A stretch of DNA of 64,000 bases from Candidatus Poribacteria bacterium (GTDB lineage: Bacteria; Poribacteria; WGA-4E; WGA-3G), in assembly GCA_965198235.1 (NCBI GenBank), contig OZ240248.1, forward strand, positions 4,608,001 to 4,672,000, written 5' to 3'. This document shows, in pieces, positions 27,111-35,652 of this stretch (the first letter of the stretch is position 1; every line of letters begins with the position of its first letter). The notes beneath the pieces are model-generated. The model saw only the letters and a list, made by a program, of their open reading frames with translations. It was not told the DNA's origin and did not search any database. The position numbers and the translations under genes were made by a program.

Positions 27111-28187
27111 AGCAGCGTTAATGTCTCTATCGTGGGGTGACCCACATTCGGGACATGTCCACTGCCTATCTGAAAGAGAAAGGGTTTCGTTGTGAAAACC
27201 ACAATCACTACACGGCTTTGTCGTTGCCGTCCATTGACCGACTTGACGCAACTCACGCTTATGTTTGCTACACTTATACTTCAATATCTCAACAAACTGG
27301 TAGAAAGCAAGGTCAGAGACCTTACGTCCCCACAAGCGTTTCATACCGTCAAGGTTCAGTGTTTCAATGGCGATTCTATCGAACCGCTTGCAGAGTTCAG
27401 AGGCAAGTTGCCAGTGAAAGTCTGTGCGTTGGTTCGTGATTTTACGATACAGACGGGCAAGTTGCCGAACACAACGCCACCAGCCGTGAGAACCTTTTAT
27501 CTTACGACTCAAGTCCTTGTTGAGACTACGGAGTTTGGTCAAGGAGTGTTTCAAAGGTTGTGGGTGTTGCTTCTTTTCACCCGTGCTAAGTGTCAAGTAA
27601 GCGTCTTTCATACCGAAGTCCGCCCCAACGCTTTCACCTGTTGTTGGCAGACGTTTCATGTCTGTGTAGTTCGTGGTGATACAGAGCCAATAGTCACCAC
27701 AGGTATCACGCTTGAGTGTGATACGATGGATAGAGCCGTGCCATTGGCGGTGTTTATGGAAAGTATAAGGCACACGATCAAATCGCCATTGGCCATTATT
27801 CCATTTTCTAAAGGTGAGTGTAATACGATTGTTTTTCAGTTCCCAACCCGCTTGTCCCGGAAAGGTGATAGACTTGAACTTATGTCTCGACTTGATATGC
27901 GGTCTACCCCCAAGTTTTTTGAGAAAACGCTGATACGCATCATCAATACGCCGCAACTCTTGTTGAATCGATTGGCTCGGCAAGGCGTTCCAATGCGGGT
28001 GCGTCGTTTGTTTCAACTCGGTAAGGTGAGCAGACATGGCGTTATAGTTCGCATACGGCAAGCCATCTTTATATCGCTGACGTTGCCACTTATGGAAGTA
28101 TTCATGCACTTGCCACATATCGTCAAACAGATTACCAATACGAATACAATTGGATTGGTGCCCAAACGGATATTTATAGGTTTTCAT
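27075..28187 (-). CDS. tnpB: RNA-guided endonuclease TnpB
   Basis: RuvC GADFG, IAIETL, CSDC/CPEC zinc finger, HDRDINAAINI. Confidence 0.95.
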   Translation of the reverse strand: MKTYKYPFGHQSNCIRIGNLFDDMWQVHEYFHKWQRQRYKDGLPYANYNAMSAHLTELKQTTHPHWNALPSQSIQQELRRIDDAYQRFLKKLGGRPHIKSRHKFKSITFPGQAGWELKNNRITLTFRKWNNGQWRFDRVPYTFHKHRQWHGSIHRITLKRDTCGDYWLCITTNYTDMKRLPTTGESVGADFGMKDAYLTLSTGEKKQHPQPLKHSLTKLRSLNKDLSRKIKGSHGWWRCVRQLARLYRKITNQRTDFHWQLASELCKRFDRIAIETLNLDGMKRLWGRKVSDLAFYQFVEILKYKCSKHKRELRQVGQWTATTKPCSDCGFHNETLSLSDRQWTCPECGSPHDRDINAAINILRAGIATT

Positions 28188-28284
28188 GGTCTATCACACA
28201 TCACACCTTTAACCCCGTTGAAGTGGGTAGGCAGACACGTAACCTTGCGATTACGCTTCAACTGTCTGCCAGTGTGATATGAAT

Positions 28285-28313
28285 ATTATACCACATTTTT
28301 AGGTAAAAGTCAA
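28285..28313 (-). promoter_or_regulatory. tnpB promoter TTGACT-17-(TGG)TATAAT
   Basis: Near-consensus hexamers with extended -10 inside the left end. Confidence 0.75.
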
Positions 28314-28751
28314 ATCTTTTTTGGCTTTCAAACGCAATGCCCGCCTACATCCCGCAAGCTAAAGCATGGGGTCTTGGCGGGAAGATTGATAAAAAATTAA
28401 AGAGTTCCAGTGGATCGCTTAGTCGTTTGTTCCAAGCAGAATTTGACAATCAAGAACTTGTTACCGAGTTGTACCTCAGCACGTTAAATCGGTTTCCGAC
28501 GGATACGGAACTTGAAACGGCTGAAGCATATATCGCTGAGAGCCCGGAGCGTCGTTCAGGGTCTGAGGATCTCCTATGGGCACTCATCTCATCAAGAGCA
28601 TTTCTCTTTATCCAGTAAACTAACACTGGATAATCCTTATGGTGAGGCATCGAAGCCTTACCATTTCCACCCCATAAGTTATAGAGCGAGGTCCTGTCCT
28701 CGTGTCTTGTAATCGTGTAACTCTCAACCAGAATCAACAACGGAGGACATA

Positions 28752-29546
28752 ATGATGATACACTTCAGGCGTTATTTCACATTTAGTTTTTCTGTGCTGT
28801 TCCTGCTCGGAAGCCTCGTAATGCCAGTGTTGGGACAGGGAGAAAAAAAGGAAGATCTGATTGGACATTGGACTTTTGAAAAGGGTGCCGAATTGGAGGA
28901 CCTGACAGGTCACTTTAGCGAGATTGATCTCTTAGGTGCCGATGTGAAGGACGGGAAATTACGCATTGGCAGCAATAAGTGGGCAATGACTACAGGCTAT
29001 AAAGGACCTGACATCGGTCCAGACAAAACATTGGTAACGTGGATCTATTTAGATGATCTAAACGTCACAAGAGGTGCCACGCTGGCGGTCAATAAAAGCA
29101 GTGGGGATACCTTTGACGCGATCGTCTATGCGGAACGCCAACCGAAACGTTGGATGGCTGGTAGCAGCCACTTTAGACGCACCCAGGATGCGAACCCCGG
29201 ATTTGAGGAAAAACAGACCGGGAAACTGATTCAACTGGCGATTTCGTATGAAGATGATGGTGGGAACGCGAAGATTACGATATACCGCAATGGCGATGTC
29301 ATCGGTGATTATACGATGGGACCGATTGTCTCTTGGGAAGCCGGTGATGTGGAAGCACTTTTCGGTCCGCGTGCTCTCATCGGTGGCACCGCCTACGGTT
29401 GGGTCGTCGCGCGCGTGGAAGATGCGAGAATCTACAACGCCGTTCTCGACGAGAAAGAAATTAACAGTTTAGTTGAGAACACTTTGGATGTTGAAGCCCA
29501 TGGTAAACTCGCGGCGACGTGGGGAAGGTTGAAACTTTCCAAATAG
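28752..29546 (+). CDS. secreted LamG/concanavalin-like protein with conserved C-terminal motif
   Basis: Signal peptide, LIGHWTFE, ARIYNAVL, C-terminal VEAHGKLAATWGRLK. Confidence 0.8.
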   Translation: MMIHFRRYFTFSFSVLFLLGSLVMPVLGQGEKKEDLIGHWTFEKGAELEDLTGHFSEIDLLGADVKDGKLRIGSNKWAMTTGYKGPDIGPDKTLVTWIYLDDLNVTRGATLAVNKSSGDTFDAIVYAERQPKRWMAGSSHFRRTQDANPGFEEKQTGKLIQLAISYEDDGGNAKITIYRNGDVIGDYTMGPIVSWEAGDVEALFGPRALIGGTAYGWVVARVEDARIYNAVLDEKEINSLVENTLDVEAHGKLAATWGRLKLSK

Positions 29547-29562
29547 GGGCTTGATAGAAGGT

Positions 29563-29608
29563 AAAACGCCGTGGGAAGAGATTATTGCATCTCATCCTAC
29601 GGCGTTTT
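29563..29608. terminator. bidirectional hairpin terminator between convergent genes
   Basis: AAAACGCCGTGGGA...TCCTACGGCGTTTT. Confidence 0.7.
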
Positions 29609-29624
29609 GTCTGTTTTTGTGACC

Positions 29625-30164
29625 TTACGATTCACCGTTCTTTGTTAACCGTGCAACGATTTCTTCCACGGCACCCTCTGCACGCTCCCGAATCTGATCC
29701 GCTGTCAGACTCTGGATCGGATGCGGGACGGTGAGTGGTTCCAATTCACTGTGACCCAGGACTCGCGCTTGCACTTTACCTGCAGCGAAAAAGACTTCCG
29801 TACAAACCGCGACGCTTGGGACTCCACGTTCCTCTAAGGCAGTTCCGTCGTGCATACTGCACGATATACAGGATCCTCAGTCGGCAAGCCCTTCAATGAC
29901 GAAATCTGCCTGCTCCGCCAGTTCAACGAGCAATTCCGTCGGCGCGGGACGCGAGAACGTCGGTTTTTTAACGTGAATTACTTCGGCAAGATCAAATCGT
30001 TCCTGCATTAATTCAGCAATGCGGTCGAGGAAGATATCACTGCCGTTTTTCGTGATGTTCAGTAAGCCCATCACTTTTCCATCAAGGCTATCGAGCCTCG
30101 GCGAGAGAAATTTCGCAGATGCATCGCCTTGAGAGGTTGGATCGAGTAAAGTAGTATTTGGCAT
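29625..30164 (-). CDS. UGSC-family thioredoxin-like selenoprotein (in-frame UGA at 29877-29879 read as Sec; 179 aa)
   Basis: The two track ORFs are in frame across TGA giving ...EGLAD-U-GSCISCSMHD...; SECIS-like hairpin 12 nt downstream. Confidence 0.85.
29848..29864 (-). promoter_or_regulatory. candidate bacterial SECIS hairpin
   Basis: TCGTGCA-GTA-TGCACGA perfect stem starting 12 nt after the UGA, G in the loop. Confidence 0.6.
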
Positions 30165-30188
30165 TATGAAAACCTCAACAGTAAGAGA

Positions 30189-30521
30189 TTAGGTAGATGA
30201 ACCGGATGCTTCCATCTGCAACTCCTGCGACTTTGCCATCGCATCTTCTGCTTCTTGGATCATCCCTTTTCGTTGGTAACACATAGATAGACTGGTATAC
30301 ACAAGCGGATCCTTCGGGTTGATTTCTATCGCCTTCTGGATCGCCTCAATGGCTTCATCGTATAGACTCATCCGTTCATAGGCGTGTCCCAACCCAAGGA
30401 ATCCTTCGATATAGTCTGGGTAAATCTCAATCAATTCTTTAAAAGCATTAACAGCCGCTTCGAGGTCGTTTTCAGCAAAATGAGTGAGCGCGGCATCGTA
30501 AAGTTCCGCTTCGGTCGGCAT
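30189..30521 (-). CDS. tetratricopeptide repeat protein
   Basis: TPR pattern (LGHAYE...AIEAIQKAIEINPKD). Confidence 0.85.
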   Translation of the reverse strand: MPTEAELYDAALTHFAENDLEAAVNAFKELIEIYPDYIEGFLGLGHAYERMSLYDEAIEAIQKAIEINPKDPLVYTSLSMCYQRKGMIQEAEDAMAKSQELQMEASGSST

Positions 30522-30608
30522 CTTTTGCGTCCTTTGAGGTGAAGGTTTGACAAAATTCTATCAGAAAAGGCAGTAAATGTCAAACATAAAATAGTTCTGA
30601 AAAATCGA

Positions 30609-30637
30609 TTGCACACCGATCCGTTTTGCGATATGCT
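30609..30637 (+). promoter_or_regulatory. sigma70-like promoter TTGCAC-17-TATGCT
   Basis: Hexamers with 17-nt spacer upstream of the M14 peptidase. Confidence 0.5.
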
Positions 30638-30681
30638 ATGCGTATATTCTTTGTTAATCTCTTATTAAGGAGCTCCGAAGT

Positions 30682-31422
30682 TTGCACAATTACGCCGAAA
30701 TTATTGAACGCTTAAAACACTTAGACATGCCAATAGAACTACTCGGCACTGCCCACACCAAAGAAAATTTTAATTGGCCGATATATCAGATCCACTTAGC
30801 ATCTTCGGTAGAGACACCGAAACACGTTCTTATCACTGGTGGTCTGCACGGCGATGAACCCGCTGGTGTTGAGGCAGTTTTACAGTTCCTTGAGCGTGAT
30901 AACACCGCACTCCTGAAAGATTTCTCGTTTTTAGTGATCCCGTGCATTAATCCCTACGGTTACGTTCATAACACGCGTGAGACGCTTAACGACATAGACA
31001 TCAATCGCGCTTTTGAAACAGAAGATGTTGCCGAAGTCGCTATCGTCAAAAAAGCCCTCGGTCAGATCCGATTCTCACTCGCGATAGATTTCCACGAAGA
31101 CTACGATGCAACTGGGTTTTACCTCTACGAGGGCAAGCGGGACGAGCAATATATAGGTCCAAAACTCGCCATCGCTGGCAAAGCAATTGGCGCAATAGAT
31201 CCCGATGATCCCGGTGAAGATGCTCCCGATCTTGCTGAAGGTGTCTACAAAGTTGCTACCTCGTGGGGAACGCAAGGCTTGGCTCCTTACCTGTTGCATT
31301 TTCATAGTGAACATGTTATTATCTCCGAGACACCGACAGTCTGGCAACTTGAAAAACGTGTCGCGCTTCATTTAACCATATTGGATACTGCACTCAATAC
31401 TATATCAGAGAAGGGAGTATAA
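30682..31422 (+). CDS. M14 family metallocarboxypeptidase (AstE/AspA-like)
   Basis: GGLHGDEPAG, NPYG, DINRAF, DFHED; TTG start with AAGGAG. Confidence 0.85.
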   Translation: MHNYAEIIERLKHLDMPIELLGTAHTKENFNWPIYQIHLASSVETPKHVLITGGLHGDEPAGVEAVLQFLERDNTALLKDFSFLVIPCINPYGYVHNTRETLNDIDINRAFETEDVAEVAIVKKALGQIRFSLAIDFHEDYDATGFYLYEGKRDEQYIGPKLAIAGKAIGAIDPDDPGEDAPDLAEGVYKVATSWGTQGLAPYLLHFHSEHVIISETPTVWQLEKRVALHLTILDTALNTISEKGV

Positions 31423-32682
31423 ATGGAAGATCAACAGATACTATCGAATGTCAGGACTGCTTCTCAGCCTTCGGCACTAAAAATCACTGACATGCGTATT
31501 GTCCGAACCCAAACAGGCGGACCTATCTTGAAACTGGACACAAATCAAGGTATTCACGGTCTCGGTGAGGTCCGCGATGGTGCGAGTCCGACGTATGCCT
31601 TGATGCTCAAAAGCCGTATTATCGGCGAAAATCCGTGTAACGTTGATAAAATCTTTCGACAGATTAAGCAGTTCGGTCACCACGCGCGGCAAGGCGGTGG
31701 TATCTGCGGGATTGAAATGGCACTGATGGACCTGGCTGGTAAGGCGTACGGGGTGCCGTGCTATCAACTCGCTGGCGGTAAATTCCGGGACAAAATCCGA
31801 TGCTATAGCGATACTCCCTCCCTCAGAGATCCCGAAGAGATGGGGAAAGTCCTCCAAGAACGCATTGACAGGGGGTTCACCTTCCTGAAAATGGACATCG
31901 GCGTTGGACTGCTTCGCGGGACTCCCGGCACAATCTCTGCACCAGCGGGAAATTTAGAAACCTCTAATCTGATGCACCCCTTTACCGGCATCCGTCTAAC
32001 CGAAAAAGGTATTGCTATACTCTGCGAATACGTCGAAACGGTTCGCGACATTATCGGTTATGAGATTCCGCTCTCGGTCGATCATTTTGGGCATATCGGT
32101 ATCGAGGACTGTATCCGTATCGCGAGGGCATTGGAGAAATACAATCTCGCGTGGTTAGAGGATATGGTGCCGTGGCAGTATACCGACCAGTATGTACGTC
32201 TCTCAAATTCATGCGCCACCCCTATTTGCACAGGCGAGGACATCTATTGCAAAGAGGACTTTATGCCGCTGTTTGAGAGCCGCGGGATTGCTGTGGCTCA
32301 CCCAGATATCGCGACATCGGGTGGGATTTTGGAGACGAAAAAGATTGGTGATTTGGCGGAAGATCACGGCATTGCAATGGCACTCCACATGGCAGGTACC
32401 CCTATTTGTGCAATGGCGAGCGTCCACTGTGCCGCAGCGACATCAAATTTCTTGGCGCTGGAAAATCACTCCGTTGACAATCCGTGGTGGGATGAAATGG
32501 TGACAGGCTTACCGAATCCGATCATCCAAAACGGTTATATCAATGTGCCAGAGACACCGGGTTTAGGTATTGACCTCAACGAAGAGGTCGTTCGGGAGCA
32601 TCTCCATCCAGAGGAGACAGATTACTTCGCACCGACAACAGAATGGGATTCCGAACGTTCGCATGATAGGTTGTGGAGTTAG
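31423..32682 (+). CDS. mandelate racemase/muconate-lactonizing family enzyme (sugar-acid dehydratase-like)
   Basis: GLGE, KMD, WLED, TGED, GGILETKKI, PGLGIDLN. Confidence 0.9.
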   Translation: MEDQQILSNVRTASQPSALKITDMRIVRTQTGGPILKLDTNQGIHGLGEVRDGASPTYALMLKSRIIGENPCNVDKIFRQIKQFGHHARQGGGICGIEMALMDLAGKAYGVPCYQLAGGKFRDKIRCYSDTPSLRDPEEMGKVLQERIDRGFTFLKMDIGVGLLRGTPGTISAPAGNLETSNLMHPFTGIRLTEKGIAILCEYVETVRDIIGYEIPLSVDHFGHIGIEDCIRIARALEKYNLAWLEDMVPWQYTDQYVRLSNSCATPICTGEDIYCKEDFMPLFESRGIAVAHPDIATSGGILETKKIGDLAEDHGIAMALHMAGTPICAMASVHCAAATSNFLALENHSVDNPWWDEMVTGLPNPIIQNGYINVPETPGLGIDLNEEVVREHLHPEETDYFAPTTEWDSERSHDRLWS

Positions 32683-32696
32683 GGATTTTGTTTATA

Positions 32697-32720
32697 AGGG
32701 CGGACCTCCATATCCGCCCT
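32697..32720. terminator. hairpin/REP-like element between convergent genes
   Basis: AGGGCGGA...TCCGCCCT. Confidence 0.5.
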
Positions 32721-32794
32721 ACCTCAAACAAGTTGCAGCGTCCGGCAGATCGTTGAAAACCTGGATGTTACAATAATGCCCCATATCCCATCTA

Positions 32795-33568
32795 CTACAT
32801 TTTCAGATTCGCCCACATTGTTGTGAGCTTACCATCTGCTTCGATAGCAGCAAATTCTTCAACATGGAACAGCAAATTCTCCATGAAAAGTTTTGCCATA
32901 TCTTTCGTATTGTCATCGTTACCTGCGATATAGTATTTATCAGGGGCAATTGCCATCATCAGGAACTTACCTTTCCCGAATTCTGCTTCCATAATGACAG
33001 GTTCCCCTAAACTTTCCATCAGCACGTCAAAGCCCTTTTGAGAAGCGATGACTTCCCAGACAGTAGGCCAGCCCTGATGTCCCCAACCTTCAAACGTTTT
33101 TTGATCCATACGGTTTGGTTCGTTAAAGAGCTGATGGTCGGCTTGCAGTATTTCAAAAATTGGACTATCACGGTCACTCCGAACACAACTCAATCCAGGC
33201 GGCAACCAATCCACATTCGCTTCGTTCTGATCAGCTTGGGTCGGTTCCCAGACGATACCACCATTTTCGACGAAATCCTGAATCACCTTTGCATTCTTGT
33301 CGAGATTTTGGTGCAATCCAGCATTGTTAGTCAGCATGCTACCAATTAAAAAAATTTTATTTTCTACTTTGAGAGGTAGTTTTCCACCTTCAAGTGCCTT
33401 TGTCAGATCATCGTACTCAACTTTGAACTCATCCAGGGTCTGACGCAACGCATCAACCTTTGTCCACTCGTCAGCAAAATCAATAACAGCAATTTTAGCA
33501 GCTTCTACAGCCATTACACTCAAAACGAGAGTCAAAATACAGAGCCATGCAAACAAACGGGGATACAT
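32795..33568 (-). CDS. secreted hypothetical protein with conserved C-terminal motif
   Basis: Signal peptide; C-terminal IEADGKLTTMWANLKM; AAGGAG RBS. Confidence 0.75.
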   Translation of the reverse strand: MYPRLFAWLCILTLVLSVMAVEAAKIAVIDFADEWTKVDALRQTLDEFKVEYDDLTKALEGGKLPLKVENKIFLIGSMLTNNAGLHQNLDKNAKVIQDFVENGGIVWEPTQADQNEANVDWLPPGLSCVRSDRDSPIFEILQADHQLFNEPNRMDQKTFEGWGHQGWPTVWEVIASQKGFDVLMESLGEPVIMEAEFGKGKFLMMAIAPDKYYIAGNDDNTKDMAKLFMENLLFHVEEFAAIEADGKLTTMWANLKM

Positions 33569-33660
33569 AAGTTAATCTCCTTACGTGTAACACGTGTTTT
33601 CATGATTTGAAGGGTTTTTTGCTCAATTGGTCCTATCAGGCCTCACATAAACATTATAGC

Positions 33661-34065
33661 GTGATAGACCTCACCCTAAAGGACGAGGCTTCTGCTAAAT
33701 AATTGCAGAAGCTTTCGTGCGATCAACGACCGTTGCTTTCTTACGAAAGTCTTACACAGCCTACTGCAACAGACGCTACCCCGACTGCGACACACAAAGT
33801 GTCCTTACGAAATTTATTTTGAGACGTATATTTCAAATGGGATTCAGCATGACCTGTCTTTCCCTACTAACGTCTGTAAGCTACTACTTCTTGACCTTTA
33901 CTTTAGAGCTTTACACTATGGGAGTTTGATCAATAGGCGAGTAACAGCCCTCCATAGCAACCTTACACTCTGAAAGTATTATAGCAGATTCAACAACATA
34001 TTTCAAGGAAAAGCAGCGTCTACATCTCCATGCTAAAGCATGGAGTTTTGACGCTGAAGATTATG
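33661..34065 (-). mobile_element. ORF-less IS200/IS605-derived mini-element (ends + promoter + omegaRNA-like region)
   Basis: Left end after TTTAT (CATAATCTTC...CTCCATGCTTTAGCATGGAGATGTAG) and right end CCTCGTCCTTTAGGGTGAGGTCTATCAC resemble the 26945-28388 ends; internal TTGAAA-17-TATAAT at 34006-33978. Confidence 0.8.
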
Positions 34066-34268
34066 ATAAATCCAAATTTGGAAAAAAACACACACACAGG
34101 TTGGCGCGCGAAACAGACAGCGATAAACGCCATCAAAAGCAGATGTAACTGCCTGCACTCCGGGTTGCGAATGGACTTCAAAGTCAAAAGCATTAAGTGT
34201 TTGAGTAGCATTGACTTACCATGTGTGATGGCTGAGCCACTTGCTATAGCCGGTCGGCGAAGGAACAT

Positions 34269-34835
34269 TCAAAAAGCGTTTGCCACAGCCACCAAATCCA
34301 AAATATTGACGATCCCATCACCGTTAACGTCTGGTGCATCTGTGCCGAATCCACTGGCAACTGCCACCAAATCCAGAATGTTGACAGTCCCATCACCGTT
34401 GACATCCGCAGGTGTTCCGAGCCGTTTGAGATAGATTTCACCGTCTAAATCCGCGACAGTGTGAAGCGTGTTGCGCAAACCACTTTCTACACCTGTTGCC
34501 TGCTCTGATAGACGAATTTCTTGCGGTTTCCCACTGCGATTATAAATTGCCCAACTGTTGGTGAATTCTCGGATAAAGAGTCCTTCTATATTGCGATAGC
34601 GTTGCGCTTTTTCGCCGATAGGTTGTCCAAGATCGGCACTCCAGAAGTCATAATAGTAATGTTGATGTTGATGGTCGTGGATTTCACCACGGGTATGTTC
34701 GGCTGAATGCCCTTTCCAAATTTCATAGACATGAGTATGTATTGTACTACCGATACCAGACACATACTGGACATAGCCATCGGAATGTGTCAGACTTAAA
34801 GTCGTAAACAGACGCATCCAACGGCGGTTCGTTGT
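34269..34835 (-). pseudogene. C-terminal fragment of a secreted protein with dockerin type I repeats
   Basis: Two DVNGDGxVNILDLVAVA repeats; no N-terminus or RBS. Confidence 0.7.
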
Positions 34836-35388
34836 TAACACATCCCTCCATGGTGATGCCTGATCCAGAGTCGCGCACCTCAACAGACCAGAGGGTTTGA
34901 TCTTTCTCGCGAACGCTCAGTGAAATCTGCATTTCAGCGTCTGAGGTATCGGTGAAACGTATCAGGTCTGAAACGGAGCTGAGATCAAAACAACGAATGA
35001 GTTGATTGCTGAAAATTTCAGGAGCGTTGAGGACAGATTGCAGCTGGGCGCGTATCTTTTGAGGTAAATCTGAGAATTTGTACGGTAACGCATCTTTCCA
35101 TAGTTTTTCGAGAATTGCCCTAATTTCTTCCTCCTTGTCGTAAGCCGGCAACCCACGTCGTGTTAATCTTAAGTCCAAAACATCATGGTGAGACCAAGGA
35201 AATCGTGAGAAACCAGCAAAACTACTGTACAATGCATAGATGAGTGCTGCGAGATAGGTCTTACCGGTATTGCTCTCACCGACGAACACAGTCAGTGGGC
35301 GTAGATCTATCTCTGCCTTCTCTATCGGTCCGAAGTTTTGCACCTCGATGTGGACGTTGGTGGGCTGTATGTCTCTGACTTCGTTCAC
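34836..35388 (-). pseudogene. N-terminal fragment of AAA_15/AAA_21 (AbiEii/OLD-type) ATPase
   Basis: NFGPIEKAEIDLRPLTVFVGESNTGKT Walker A; no Walker B; runs out of frame into the dockerin fragment. Confidence 0.7.
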
Positions 35389-35471
35389 TGTTTTGTCTCC
35401 CGCGAGTGGTGGATTTAAGTCCAATTATACACGTATTTGTAGCCGACTGCAAGGAAAAGGAACTTTGATAA

Positions 35472-35593
35472 CAGGGTCATTCAATTGTAGGTTTTTTGAG
35501 CGTTTTCGCCAAGGCATCGCGAGCTGGAGCTCGCTCCTACAGAAGAGGGAGTTTCAACGACCGACCGAAAATATGGAGAATTGAATGGCCCTG
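35472..35593. mobile_element. MITE with CAGGG ends and 10-bp target duplication (ISAs1-like)
   Basis: TIR CAGGGTCATTCAATT/AATTGAATGGCCCTG; direct repeat ACTTTGATAA at 35462-35471 and 35594-35603. Confidence 0.8.
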
Positions 35594-35652
35594 ACTTTGA
35601 TAAGATATAACAGAAGGCGGCCACAAAACCTCGAAACAATCCATAATGATAC

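Larger units (their letters stand above)
26945..28388 (-). mobile_element. non-autonomous IS200/IS605 (IS1341-type, tnpB only) element
   Basis: Left end after TTTAT with subterminal hairpin CCCCATGCTTTAGCTTGCGGG; right end CCCCAACCTTTAGGTTGTGGG...TCAC; no target duplication; excision restores the host frame. Confidence 0.85.
26692..28618 (+). pseudogene. DUF1549/DUF1553-type secreted protein remnant split by the TnpB element
   Basis: N-part (signal peptide, VKFLKDVAPIL) 26692-26944 and C-part (LYLSTLNRFPT...EDLLWALISSRAFLF) 28389-28618 rejoin in frame to a 160-aa ORF lacking the central domains. Confidence 0.7.

Noticed and set aside
27192-28277. 361-aa ORF antisense to tnpB
   Set aside because: No recognisable domain or RBS; treated as a shadow ORF of the well-supported tnpB
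29625-30164. Two separate small genes or a nonsense pseudogene
   Set aside because: The in-frame UGA forms a UGSC motif and is followed by a SECIS-like hairpin
34030-34434. 134-aa plus-strand ORF with an internal repeat
   Set aside because: It is the antisense reading of the dockerin repeats and the mini-element end
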